DNA of 64,000 nt, from the NCBI GenBank assembly GCA_030390025.1, contig JASTWF010000048.1, positions 1,984,001-2,048,000 of the forward strand. The letters are read 5' to 3'. This document shows positions 22,917 to 35,063 of the stretch, in pieces (the stretch's first letter is position 1; the number at the start of each line of letters is the position of its first letter). The notes under the pieces are model-generated. The model saw only the letters and a list, made by a program, of their open reading frames with translations. It searched no databases and was not told the DNA's origin. The DNA is from Squalus acanthias. Lineage: Eukaryota. The position numbers were made by a program, and so were the translations under genes.

Positions 22917-23518
22917 AAGACTCCAGGCGCAGTAATATACGGCCGAGTGATTCGCCTGCAGGCTGGAGGACTTCAGGTTGAACTCGTTTCCAGTCGGTCG
23001 CTCGGCGGTAAAACCGTCCACCGTCCCCTCTGGATTCACGAGATTGGTACCCGTGGAATAAAACATAAATTGCGCCTCCTTCCCCGGGTATTGTCTCTAC
23101 CAGAACATATACTTATTACTGGTGCTTTCCAGAATGCACTTCAGTAACACTACATCCCCGGGAAATCTGGAGACAGCGGCGGGAGTCTGGCGGATAGTCT
23201 GCGAATTCACATCTGGGAAAGAGACAGGGAGAGGAGGAGGTCAGTAAACAAGAACATTCTGGGTGTTGGAGCAATAAAGCANNNNNNNNNNNNNNNNNNN
23301 NNNNNNNNNNNNNNNNNNNNNNNNNNNNNNNNNNNNNNNNNNNNNNNNNNNNNNNNNNNNNNNNNNNNNNNNNNNNNNNNNNNNNNNNNNNNNNNNNNNN
23401 NNNNNNNNNNNNNNNNNNNNNNNNNNNNNNNNNNNNNNNNNNNATTATTAACATGAATTAATGCTTGAAAAAGTCCCTCACAGTGAAACAAGATAATCAG
23501 ACTCAGAAACAGATACAT
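22917..23518 (-). pseudogene. Family-1 V pseudogene, single nonsense (TGG TAG); L 23518-23482, V 23212-22917
   Basis: Full-length 296-nt V exon; stop at 23099-23097 replaces the Y of WYRQ. Confidence 0.85.
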
Positions 23519-24224
23519 CTTTTACTTGAAGCGTTTCTCTTAATAATTGAAAGCAGCGAGAACAGAAACGTGGAGTCTTGTGAGGAACCAACCCGCTCTT
23601 TAAAAATCATTGAGGAAACCCTGAGCAGAGTGAGGGAGTGATGCAGAGTTGGTCACGCCCCTTCCTCCAGCGAACCAATCAGAATCGATGTGCTTGCTAA
23701 TTACCAATGACTGACTGGACCTTATGCCGTTAACATTCCCAACAAAGGTGTCTGTCGCTCGTTTATTGTTCGCTAATCAGAAATGAAATTATCCACGTCT
23801 GGATTCCCGATTAGCCACAAGTAGATTCCCAATTAGCCAAACCTTGATTCCCAATTAACCACATGTCAATAGTGGCTAACACATGGACAACACTGGGCTA
23901 AAGTAAACCCTTTTGGTAACGTGAGGCCGTCGGTGCAACAATATCCGGGTCACATCGGGCTGTTCATCTGTTCTATTGCATGATTGGGCCTGTGACGATC
24001 AGGAGGACTCAAAGACTCGCCCTTGACTGGGGAACTTGCAAACGGCCCCACTGTATTCAGAGTGCAGTGAACCCGTTCCACATCAGAGATAACAGCCGCT
24101 GAGCTGCAACATGAATGGCCACGGATATAGAGCTAAATGGAAGAGGGGCTGAATGGCCTTCGCTCGTCCCTGTGTCAGAGGCTCGGTGCGCTGAATAGCC
24201 TACTTCTGTTCCCGTGTTCCTATT

Positions 24225-24242
24225 GACCGCACTCTACTGTCC
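24225..24242 (-). promoter_or_regulatory. Decayed CTCF motif (GGACAGTAGAGTGCGGTC)
   Basis: Positional paralog of the other sites; core GGCGC disrupted. Confidence 0.35.
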
Positions 24243-24854
24243 CTGTGGAGAAAGACAACACAATGTCTGTGTATAAAAAATAGTATTTTACTTACTTACC
24301 TTCTTTCTATATTTCGTTCTATTTTTATTTCTATCTTTCTGCGTTTCTATCTTTCTTTATTTTGTGTATTTTTCGTTCTATCCTTCTCCTTTTGTCTTTC
24401 TTGCTTCCTTACTTTCTTTCTTTCTTTCTATCGTCCCTCTTCCTTTATTTCTTTCTCTCTTTCTTCCTTTCTTTCTTTTATTTTTCCTAACTTCCTTTCT
24501 TTATATCTTTCTTCTGTACGCCTCCCCTAAAAAACAAATTGTTAATCTTTAAGGACCTCTGTCATGTCACAACTCAGCCTTCTCTTCTCTGCAGTAAACA
24601 GTCCCAGCCTCTTCAGCCTGTCCTGATAGTTAGTACCTCTCAATTCTGATCTCATCCTTGTTAATCATTCTTTCTACCTTCTCCAGTGCCTCTATAATTA
24701 ATCTCTCACTTTTAATCTTCCTGTTGTCAAAATCACGTTCGCTCTGTAAAATAAACCCAACAGGACGCGGCACCGCGGGGTTTTACATTAAACAGTTGTT
24801 TCCTGCCGCCTTTGGGGTTTTTGTTCATCTCCTCCATCTCTCTGAGTCACTATG

Positions 24855-25368
24855 AAAACTCCAGGCGCAGTATTACACGGCCGAGTGATTCGCCCGCAGG
24901 CTGGAGCCCTTCAGATTGAACTTGTATTCATTCGGTCGCTCGGCGGTAAAACCGTCCACCGTTCGCCCTGGATCCACGGCATAGGTCGTCAAGGAGTAAA
25001 ACATCAACTGCGGCTCCTTCCCCGGGTATTGTCTATAACAGGACATGCGATTGCTACTGTCCCCCTCCACATCGCACTTCAGTTCCACTCCATCCCAGGG
25101 AAATCTGGAGACAGTGGCGGGAGTCTGGCGGATATTCTGCTAGTTCACGGCTGGGAAAGAGACGGGGAGAGGAGGAATTCAGTAAACGGTGTTATTTGTA
25201 AATATGGAGAAAGAAATAAAGAATGAAAGAAAAAAGGAAAGAAAGAATGAAAAAAGTCAGAAAGAAAGAAGGAAAGAAGGACAGAAAGAAAGAGTAAAGG
25301 AAGCTAATTAACTAGATATATTGTCCCTTACGGTGGTGCAAAATTATAAGACCCAGTAACAATTACAT
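24855..25368 (-). pseudogene. Family-1 V pseudogene, multiple stops and broken RSS; L 25368-25332, V 25150-24855
   Basis: ATG TAA in leader; AAC TAG at V start; W>C; GTG TAA before the second Cys; heptamer CATAGTG (24854-24848). Confidence 0.9.
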
Positions 25369-26542
25369 CTTTTACTGGAAGCTTTTATCTTAATAATGAA
25401 AGGAGCGAGAACAGGAGAGTTGAGTCTTGTGAGGAGCCAATCCGCTCTTTTCAAATCATTGAGGAAAACATGAAGAGCGTGAGGACGTGATGCAGGGTTG
25501 GACACGCCCCCTTCCTCCATCGAACCAATCAGTATATATGTGCTTGCTAATTACCAATGACTGACTGGATCTTATGCCGTTCACATTCCCAGCAATGGTG
25601 CCCATTGCTCATTGTTTATTTACTAATCAGAAATGCATTGATGCACATCTGGATTCCCAGTCATCAACAGATGTATCCCAAGTTAGCCACATGTGACTAG
25701 TGGCGCACACATGAACAACACTCGTCCAAAGTAAGCCCTTCAGATAAGAAGAGGCAGTCGGTACAACAATATCCGGGTCACATCGGGCTGCTTATCTGTT
25801 CTACCATGTGGTAGGGCTCATTAAAGGGCGTATGATGACCAGGAGGAATCACAGACTCGCCCTTGACTGGGGAACTTGCAAACGGCCCCACTGTATTCCG
25901 AATGCCGTGAACCCGTTCCACATCAGAGATATTATTGGCTGAGCTGGAACGTGAATGGCCACGGATATAGAGCTAAATGGAATAGGGAATAATTTCCTAG
26001 GCGTGCTTAAAGACCCTCATTAATACAAATAAAGTCCGGTTGTTGAGATATTATGTATTTTGAATATAATCATATAATAGTGCAGCACAGAAGGAGGTCA
26101 TTCGGCCCATGGAGTCTACGCCGGATTTTTCGAAGAACAATGCAGTTAGTCACACTCCCCCGCTCTTTCCCCATATCCCTGCAGTATCGCTCCTACGAAT
26201 ATTTATACAATTCCCTTTTGAAATGTGGAACTCTCGCCCCCAAAAGGCTGCGGATGCTGGGGGAAAATTGGAGCACGCAAGGCTGAGTTGGATCGATTCA
26301 TGTTGGGTCCGGATATCAAGGGATATGCAGCAAAGGCGGGTTAATGAGGTTGAATTACAGATTAAAAGGCAGAGCTGACGCAATGGATGAATGGTCTCCT
26401 CTCAATTCCGATGTAAGAGGGACATGGGGCTGAAAGGCCTCCTCCTGTTCCTGTCTAACAGGCTCGAAGGGCTGAATGGCCTCCTCCTGTTCCTGTGTTA
26501 CGATTAAAACATGTTCCGGGCACTGGTGTGTTTCATGGTCTA

Positions 26543-26560
26543 GAGCGCCCTCTACTGTCC
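26543..26560 (-). promoter_or_regulatory. CTCF motif GGACAGTAGAGGGCGCTC
   Basis: Downstream of V27160. Confidence 0.65.
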
Positions 26561-27120
26561 CTGTGGAGAAACAAAGAACAATGTCACTGTATAAAAAAGT
26601 ACTTTTAATTACTTTCCTTCTTTCTATATTTCGTTCTTTCTTTTCAATATCTTTCTTTCCTTCTCATTTTTCTTCCCAGCCTCCAACCTTTGTTTTTCTT
26701 TATTTTGTTCTTACATTATTTCTTCCTTTCTTTACTTCTTTCTTTCTTTATTTCCCTAAATTCCTGTCTTTCTTTCTCTTCTAATTTCTATCTTCCTTTC
26801 TTTCTATCTTTCTTCCCTACGCCTAAACTATCAAAACCCATTGATCATCTTTAAAGACCTCTGTCAGATCACCCCTCAGCCGTCTCTTTTCTAGACAAAA
26901 ATCCCGAACCTGTTCAGCCTTTCCTGATAGCTTGAAACTCTCAATTCTAGTGTCATCCTGGTTAATCATTATTTGCATCTGTTCCAGTGCCTCTATATCT
27001 AATATCTCACTTTTATTCTAACCCGTCTCTTCTTGTTGTCAAAAACACGTTCGCTCAGCAAAATAAAACCAACAGCACTGCACCGTTTTATCTTAAACTA
27101 GTGTTTCCTGCCGCATTTGG

Positions 27121-27159
27121 GGTTTTTGTTGAGCTCCTCCATCTCTCTGAGTCACTGTG
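27121..27159 (-). other. 23-RSS, consensus
   Basis: CACAGTG-23-ACAAAAACC. Confidence 0.95.
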
Positions 27160-27731
27160 AAGACTCCAGGCGCAGTAATACACGGCCGAGTGATTCGCCT
27201 GCAGGCTGGAGGACTTCAGGTTGAACTCGTTCCAATTCGGTCGCTCGGCGGTAAAAGCCGTCCACCTTCCTTCTGCAGTCGCGCTTTGTACAGTTGTGGA
27301 GTAAAACATCAACTGCGGCTCCTTCCCCGGGTATTGTCTGTACCAGAACATGCGATCAGCACTGATGCCCTTCACATCGCACTTCAGGTCCACTCCCTCC
27401 CGAGCAGATTTGGAGACAGCGGCGGGAGTCTGTTGGATAATCTGCGAGTGCACATCTGGGAAAGAGAGGGAGAGAGGAGGTCAATAAATTGGACCATTCT
27501 GGGAATGGGAGAAAGAAGGAAAGAAAAAAGNNNNNNNNNNNNNNNNNNNNNNNNNNNNNNNNNNNNNNNNNNNNNNNNNNNNNNNNNNNNNNNNNNNNNN
27601 NNNNNNNNNNNNNNNNNNNNNNNNNNNNNNNNNNNNNNNNNNNNNNNNNNNNNNNNNNNATTAACAAGACCTATTGTTTGAAATAATCCCTTACGGTGAA
27701 ACAAGATCATCAGACCCAGTAACAGATACAT
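27160..27731 (-). CDS. TRBV: TCR V gene, family 1, intact; L 27731-27695, V 27455-27160
   Basis: MYLLLGLMILFH|HVHSQIIQQ...CDVKGISADRMFWYRQ...YYCAWS; intron partly in N gap. Confidence 0.88.
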
Positions 27732-27865
27732 CTTTCAATCGAAGCTTTTCTCTTAATAATGAAAGCAACGAGAACAGGAGAGTTGTGTCTTGTGAGGATC
27801 CAACCCGATCTTTTCAAATCATTGAGGAAAATATGAAGAGAGTGAGGAAGTGATGCAGGTTTGGA

Positions 27866-28056
27866 CAGTGCCGCCCCTCCCTCTCTGATTGAAAGCCCCG
27901 CCCCCTCCCTCTCTGATTGAAAGCCCCGCCCCCTCACTCTCTGATTGGCAGCCCCGCCCCTCCCTCTCTGATTGACAGCCCCGTCCCTCCCTCTCTGATT
28001 GACAGGCCCGTCCCTCCCACTCTGCTTGACAGCCCCACCCCTCCTCTCTGATTGGC
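27866..28056. repeat. 27-bp promoter minisatellite, ~7 copies
   Basis: Direct. Confidence 0.85.
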
Positions 28057-28459
28057 ATTGAATAGAGCAGAGGGAACATGGAGTACCGATAGGGATAATG
28101 ACAGATTCAGTGAGTGGGCAAATCAGTGGCAGAGGGATTTAAATAATGATCTGCCAGGATGTAACTGAAAAGCGGAGCAGGCTGGAGGGGATGCATGGTA
28201 TCCTCCTGTTCCTTTTAAAGAGTCTCAAGGGGCTAAGTGGGCAAGTGTGAGGTCATCAACTTTGGACCTAACAAAGTTAGATCAGAGTATTTTTAAATGA
28301 TGAGAAACTAGTAACTGTGGAGGAGCAAAGGAATTTAGTGGTCAATGCACTCAAAGCACTAATAATAGGTACAAAAATAATGTATAAGGCTAATGGAATG
28401 TTGCCTTATATCTCAAGTGGGCTGGAATACAAAGTGATAGAAGTGATGTTTCAGTTTAT

Positions 28460-28914
28460 GCGGTATGGTACCATAGTGATTATGTTCCTGGGCCAGTCAT
28501 CCAGAGCCTTGGGTTAATAATCCGGAGACGTGAGTTCAAATCCCACCACGGCAGCTGAGGAATTTTAATTACGTAAATTAGATAAATCTGGAATAAAAAG
28601 CTGTTGTAGGAATGGTGACCGGATAGTTCTAAAAACCCAACTGGTTCACGAATGTCCTTTCGGGAAGGAAATCTGCCGTCCTTACCCAATCTGGCCTATA
28701 TGTGGCTCCAGACCCAATGTTGTTCACTCTTAACTGCCCTCTGAAATGAACTGACAAGCCACTCTGTTGTACTAAACAATGACAACAGAATCAGCACTGT
28801 AGGAGTACCTTCACCACACGGACTGCAGCGGTTCAAGAAGGTATGTCACATCCACAATTAGGGATGGGCAGAAAAGGCGGCTCTGCCAGAAAGACCCACA
28901 TCCAGTGAACGAAA
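28460..28914 (+). mobile_element. tRNA-derived SINE nested in a CR1 fragment
   Basis: B-box-like gagttcaaatccc; tail ggactgcagcggttcaagaagg...caattagggatgggca; CR1 resumes at agttgcaccgagccctggtcaga. Confidence 0.65.
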
Positions 28915-29310
28915 AGTTGCACCGAGCCCTGGTCAGAGTCCATCTGGAGTAACTGCACCGCACCTCAGGAAGGATGTGGAGTGGGTGCAACGCAGATTCA
29001 CCAGAATGATACCGGGGCTCAGAGGGCTAATTGCTGAGGACAGGTTGCAAAAAATTGGCTTGCATCCCCTTGAGTTTTGGAGATTGAGGAGTAAACTGAC
29101 TGAGGTGTTTCAAATGTTAAAATGATCCGATAGGGAAGATACAGAGAAACTATTTCCTCTGGTGGGCGAGTCCAGAACATTCCCAAATGCGACTGAGGTA
29201 CAAATCAGACATGATCGGATAGAACGGCTGAATGGCCTCCTCCCGTTCCTCTGTAAGAGGCTCGTGGGACTGAATGGCCTCCTCTTGTTCCTGTGACATA
29301 GGCTCGAGGG

Positions 29311-29739
29311 GCTCAGCGGTAAAACCGGCCTCCGTCCTCCGTCCCGTCTGGATTCACGGCATTGGTACCAATGGAGTAAAACATAAACTGCAGCTCCTTC
29401 CCCGGGTATTGACTGTACCAAAACATGCGAGGGTTACTGGTGCCCTTCACAGTGCATTTCAGTTCCACTCCACCCCCGGGAATTTTGGAGACAGCAGCAG
29501 GAGTCTGGCGGATAGTTTTCGAGTTCACGTCTGGGAAAGAGACAGTGAGAGAGGAGGAGGTCAGTAAATTGGGAAAATTCGGCGAAATGCCGCAGGAAAG
29601 AAAGGAAGTATGGAAACAGAGCAAGGAAGAGAAACAGAACGAAAGAAAGAAAGAGTAAAGGAAGTTTATTAACAATAATTGTTTATTTTAAAACTCCCTT
29701 CCGGTGAAATAAGATCATCAAACCCAGTAACAGATACAT
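29311..29739 (-). pseudogene. Family-1 V pseudogene: donor GT>GG, 7-bp duplication, 3' end and RSS deleted; L 29739-29703, V from 29530
   Basis: GACGGAG duplicated after VNPDG causes a frameshift; fused to the CR1-tail repeat at gct. Confidence 0.85.
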
Positions 29740-29873
29740 ATTTCGTTTTAAGCTGTCTTTTCAATAAGTAAAAATGCGAGAAAAGGAGCGATGTGTATTG
29801 TAAAAACCCAATCCGCTCTTCTGAAATCATTGAGCAATACATGAAGAGCAAAAGCAAGTGTTGCAGGTTTGGA

Positions 29874-30331
29874 CAGCCCCGCCCCTCCCTCTCTGATTGA
29901 CAGCCCCGCCTCTCCCTCTCTGATTGACTACCCCGCCCCTTCCTCTCTGATTGACAGCCACGCCCCCACCTCTCTGATTGACAGCCCCGGCATCTCTCTC
30001 TAATTGACTGTCCCGCCCCTCCCTCTCTGATAGACAGCCCCGCCCCTCCCTCTCTGATTGTCAGCCAAGCTCCTCCCTCTCTGATTGACAGCCGCGCCCC
30101 TCCCTCTCTGATTGACAGCCCAGCAACTCCCTATCCGATTGATGGCCCCGCCCGTCCCTCTCTGATTGTCAGCCACGCTCCTCCCTCGCTGATTGACAGC
30201 CCCGGCCCTCCCTCTCTGATTGACAGCCCAGCAACTCCCTCTCTGATTGACAGCCTCGCCCCGCCCTCTCTGATTGACAGGCACGCTACACCTTCTCTGA
30301 TTGACAGCTCCGCCCCACCCTCTCTGAGAGG
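29874..30331. repeat. 27-bp promoter minisatellite, ~17 copies
   Basis: Units counted: consensus cagccccgcccctccctctctgattga. Confidence 0.9.
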
Positions 30332-30339
30332 CAGTGAGT

Positions 30340-32000
30340 GGAGTAGCTGGGAGCTGCAAGTTGCAAAGTGGCAGAGCAAGATTACGTGAATGAGCAAAGC
30401 AGTTTCACTGACAAATGGAGTTTAATGTGGGCAAGAGTGAAATCCTCCCCTGTGCAGCTGAGAAGGATAGATCGGAATATTTTCCATATGGGGATCAGCC
30501 AAGAACTGTGGAAGCCTAATGGTTGGCTGGCTTTTATATCAAAGGGGGCAGGAAGTTATCTTTCGGTTGTGTAACGTTCTGGTCAGACTCTGTCTGGAGA
30601 ACTGCGTGCACTTCTGGACTTCTGGATAATGCATATCAGGAAGGAAATATTAGCCTTGAAGTGGGTGTACGCATATTCACCAGAATGATAAGAGAGCAAA
30701 AAAGCTTAAATTATGAGAACACGTTGTATAAACTTGGCTTTATTCCCTTCAGTATAGAAGATCAAGAGATGATCTTATTGAAGTTTTTGAAAATCTTAAA
30801 AGAATTCGAGAGGGTAGATTGAGAAACACGATTCCCTCTGGTGAGAACAACGGGACATAACCTTAAAATTAGAGCTAGGCCGTTCAGCGTTCATGTCTGG
30901 AAGCACTTATCACACGAACGGTAGTGGAAACCTGGAATTCTCTCACTCGGTTGAGGTTAATTGGAGATTCCAAAACTTAGATAGCTGGATATGTGTTAAG
31001 TAAGGGTATTAAGGGTTATGGAAACAACAGTAGGAATAAACGGGTCGTTTCCGGGCTGGAAGGCTGTAGCTAATGTGGTACCAGGAGGATCTGCACCTCC
31101 CCTAAATTGCCCTGTTCCTCTACTCCTTAAAAGACACAGTCTCCCGGCTCTACCGCGCGACCTTCTGGTTTTGGTCGATTTGGCAAAACAAGATTAATAT
31201 TCTAAAGATTAAGTGAGCGGGCAAAACAGTGGAAGTAGTCATTTAACGTGGGCAAGTGCGAGGCCATCCACTTGGGACCTAAGAAAGATAGACCACTGTA
31301 TTTTCCAAAGGATGCTAAGCTCGGAATCGCGGAGGGGAATTTAAGTGCCCAGGTAAACAATTCACTAAATGCTGGTATACAGGGGAAAAATAAATCAAAA
31401 ATGCTAAAGGGTTGTTGTCCTTTATCTCAAGGGGTCGAGAATACAAAGGTCAGGAAGTTATTCTTCTGTCCTATAGAGAATTGGTCAGACCCCATCTGGA
31501 GTACTGAGTTCATTTCTGGGTACTGCACCTCAGGAATGATATATTAGACTTGGAGGTGATGCAGCGCAGATTCACCAGACTGATACCCGGGACTGTGAGG
31601 GTTAAATTATGAGGCAGGATTGCAAAACTTGGCCTATATTACCTTGAGTAAAGAAGATTCAGTTCCGTACTGATTGAGTTCTGTAAATGTTAAAATAAGT
31701 TGACAGGGTAGATAGAGAGAAACTATTTCCTCTGGTGCGGGAGTCCAGAACAGGAGGCATAAACTTAAAGTTAGAGTTAGGTCGTTCAGGCGTTGTGTCA
31801 AAAACTAACTCTTCACACAATGGTAGTGAAAATGTGGAACTCTCTCACCCAAGAGTCTATTGAGGCTGAGGGGCAATTGAAGCTGTCAAGTCTGTGATTA
31901 ATAAATATTTGTAGTGTAAGGGTATCGAGGTATATGCAGCAAATGCGGTTTGACAGAAGGAAGATAAACATGACCCATGACTTCTTTGGCTTGCAGAGCA
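30340..32000 (+). mobile_element. Degenerate CR1 fragments (with family-3 intron remnant at ~31110-31200)
   Basis: Paralogous to 19820-20570 and 4020-4830. Confidence 0.7.
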
Positions 32001-32206
32001 GACTCGAGGGGTTGAATGAACTCCTCTTGCTCCTATGTAACAGACTCGAGTGGCTGAATGGGCATTCTCCTGTACCTATGTATACGGTCCCGACGATGCT
32101 TAATGGCCTTCTCCTGTTCCTAAGAAACAGGCTCAAGGGGACTGAACGGTCTCCTTCTATTCCAAATTAAACCATGTTACAAGCAACCGTGTGGTTCGTG
32201 CTCCTG

Positions 32207-32224
32207 GAGCGCCCTCTTCAGTCT
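32207..32224 (-). promoter_or_regulatory. CTCF-like motif AGACTGAAGAGGGCGCTC
   Basis: Downstream of V32610. Confidence 0.5.
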
Positions 32225-32570
32225 CTGTGGAGAAAGAAAACACAGTGTCAGTGTGTGAAAGCTCGACACTCTTTTTACTTCATTTCCTTATTTATATCAT
32301 TCTTTCTTTCTTTCTGTCTTTCTTTCTCTTTTCGTTCTTCTGCTTTTTCTTTCCTTCTTTTTTCTATCTTCCTTTCGTTCTATCGTTCTTCACTATATTT
32401 AACTTATCTTTCTTTGCCGCTTCTCCAGTGTCTTTTTAATCTAATTTCTCGATTTTATTCCAGCCCGTCTGGTATTCTTGTCAAAAAACACGTTTGCTCT
32501 GCAAGATAAACCCAACAGGAGGCGGCACCGCACGGTTACATCATCAACAGGTGTTTCCTGCCGCCTTTGG

Positions 32571-32609
32571 GGTTTTTGTTGAGCTCCTCCATCTCTCTGA
32601 GTCACTGTG
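32571..32609 (-). other. 23-RSS, consensus
   Basis: CACAGTG-23-ACAAAAACC. Confidence 0.95.
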
Positions 32610-33136
32610 CAGACTCCAGGCGCAGTAATACACGGCCGACTGATTCGCCTGCAGGCTGGAGGACTTCAGATTGAACCGGTTGTCATTCGGTCGCTTGGCG
32701 GTAAAACCGTACACCGTCCCCTCTGGATTCACGTGATTGATACCCGCGGAGTGAAACATCAACTGCGGCTCTTTCCCCGGGTCTTATCTGTACCAGTACA
32801 TGTATCCGCTACTGGCGCCCTCCACCACGCACTTTAGTTTCACTCCCTCCCCAGGAATATTGGAGAGAGCGACGGGAGTCTGGCGGACCATCTCTGAATT
32901 CACGTCTGGGAAAGAGATGGAGAGAGGAGGAGGTCAGTAAACAGGGGCATTCTGGGTTGTGGGGAAAGAAAGAAGGAAAGAGCGAGAGAAAGAGAGAATG
33001 AAGGAAACAACGAAGAAAGAAAGAAGGAAAGAAAGAAAGAAAAACGTAAGACTAAAGAAAGTTTATTAACAAAGATAATTGTGTGTAAAAATCTCTTACA
33101 CTGAAATAAGATCATGAGACTCAGTAACAGATACAT
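32610..33136 (-). pseudogene. Family-1 V pseudogene, single nonsense (WYR-TAA); L 33136-33100, V 32905-32610
   Basis: Stop at 32786-32784; otherwise intact with consensus RSS. Confidence 0.85.
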
Positions 33137-34560
33137 CTTTTACTTTAGGATTTACTTTTATAAATGAAATCAGCAAAAACAAGAGCTTTGAGTCTCGTGA
33201 GGATCCAACCCACTCTTTTCAAATCATTGACGAGCGGAAGAAAGTGATGCAGGCCACTCCCTCTCTGATTGACAGCACCGCTCCTCCACTCTCACGCTGA
33301 TTCACAGCCCCGCCCCTTCCCACACTAATTGACAGACCCGCCCTCACTCTCTGAAACATAGTCCCGCCCCCCGCACTGATTCACAGTCCAGCCCCTCCCT
33401 CCCTGTTTGGCAGCAAATGGAGCAGACGGGAGCAGGAAGTTGCAACGTTGACCTGAACAACTTAAGTGAATGAGAAAAAACAGCGGCAGGTAGAGTTTAA
33501 CGGGGGCAAGTATCAGGTCATCCATTGGGGGCCTAAAGAAGAAACATCAGAGGATTAGAGATTAAGTGAGCGGGCAAAACAGTGGAAGAAGTAATTTAAC
33601 GTGGGCAAGTGCGAGGCCATCCACTTGGGACCTAAGAAATACAGACCAATGTATTTTCCAAAGGGTGTTAAGCTCGGAATCGCGGAGGGGGTTTTAAGTG
33701 CCCAGGTAAACAATTCACTAAATGCTGGTATACAGGGTGAAAAGAAATCAAAAATGCTAAAGTGATGTTGTCCTTTATCTCAAGGGGTCTGGAATACAAA
33801 GGGCAGGATGTTATTCTTCTGCCGTATAGAGACTTGATCAGACCCCATCTGGTTTACTGAGTTCAATTCTGGGAACCGCACCTCAGGAAGGATATATTAG
33901 ACTTGGAGGGAATGCAGCGCAGATTCACCAGACTGATACCCGGGACTGAGAGGGTTAAATTATGAGGAACGATTGCAAAACTTGGCCTCTATTACCTTGA
34001 GTATTGAAGATTCAGTGCCGAACTGACTGAGTTTTTTAAATGTTAAAATAAGTGGATAGGGTAGATAGAGAGAAACTATTTCCTCTAATGGGGGAGACTT
34101 GAACAGGGAGGCGTAACGTTAAAGTTAGAGATAGGTCGTTCAGGCGTTGTGTCAAAAACTAACTCTTCACACAATGGTAGTGGAAAAGTGGAACTCTCTC
34201 CTCCAAGAGTCTATTGAGGCTGAGGGGCAATTGGAGCTTTCAAGACTGTGATTGATAGATATTTGTAGGGTAAGGTTATCGAGGTATATGCAGCAAATGC
34301 GGTTAGACAGAAGAAAGATACACATCACCAAGGATCTCATTGACTTGCAGAGCAGACTCGATGGGCTGAATGGACTCCTCCTGTTACAGTGTAACAGGCT
34401 CGTGTGGCTGAATGGGCCTACTTCTGTACCTGTGCATACGACCTCGAGAATGCTTCATGGCCTTCACCTGTTCCCAAGTAACAGGCTCAAGGGGAATGAA
34501 TGGTCTCCTTCTATTCCATATTAAACCATGTTACAAGCAACCGTGTGGTTCATGGTCATA

Positions 34561-34578
34561 GAGCGCCCTCTTTAGTCT
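34561..34578 (-). promoter_or_regulatory. CTCF-like motif AGACTAAAGAGGGCGCTC
   Basis: Downstream of V35064. Confidence 0.5.
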
Positions 34579-35024
34579 CTGTGGAGAAAGAAAACACAGT
34601 GTCTGTGTGTAAAAGTGCGAAAATCGTTTTACTTAATTTCCTTCTTTCTATCTTTCTTTCCTACTTCCTTTCTTTCTGTGTATCTTTCTTCCTTTCCTTC
34701 TGTCTATCCTTCTTCCTTTATTTCTTCTTTTCAGACTTGTTGCTTTCTTTATATCATTCTTTCTTTCTGTCTTTCTTTCTTTTTTCGTTCTTCCTCACTT
34801 TCTTTCCTTCTTTCTTTCGATCTTCCTTTCGTTCTATCGTTCTTCACTATATTTAACTTATCTTTCTTTGCAGCTTCTCCAGTTTATTTTTAAATCTAAA
34901 TTTTCGCTTTTATTCCAGCCCGTCTGCTGTTCTTGTCAACAATACGTTCGCTCTGTAAAATAAACCCAACAAGACGCGGCACCGCGCGGTTTTATCATCA
35001 ACAGGTGTTTCCTGCCGCCTTTGG

Positions 35025-35063
35025 GGTTTTTGTTGAGCTCCTCCATCTCTCTCAGTCACTGTG
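35025..35063 (-). other. 23-RSS, consensus
   Basis: CACAGTG-23-ACAAAAACC. Confidence 0.9.

Noticed and set aside
29874-30331. CRISPR-like array
   Set aside because: Head-to-tail minisatellite with no unique spacers, in a eukaryotic context
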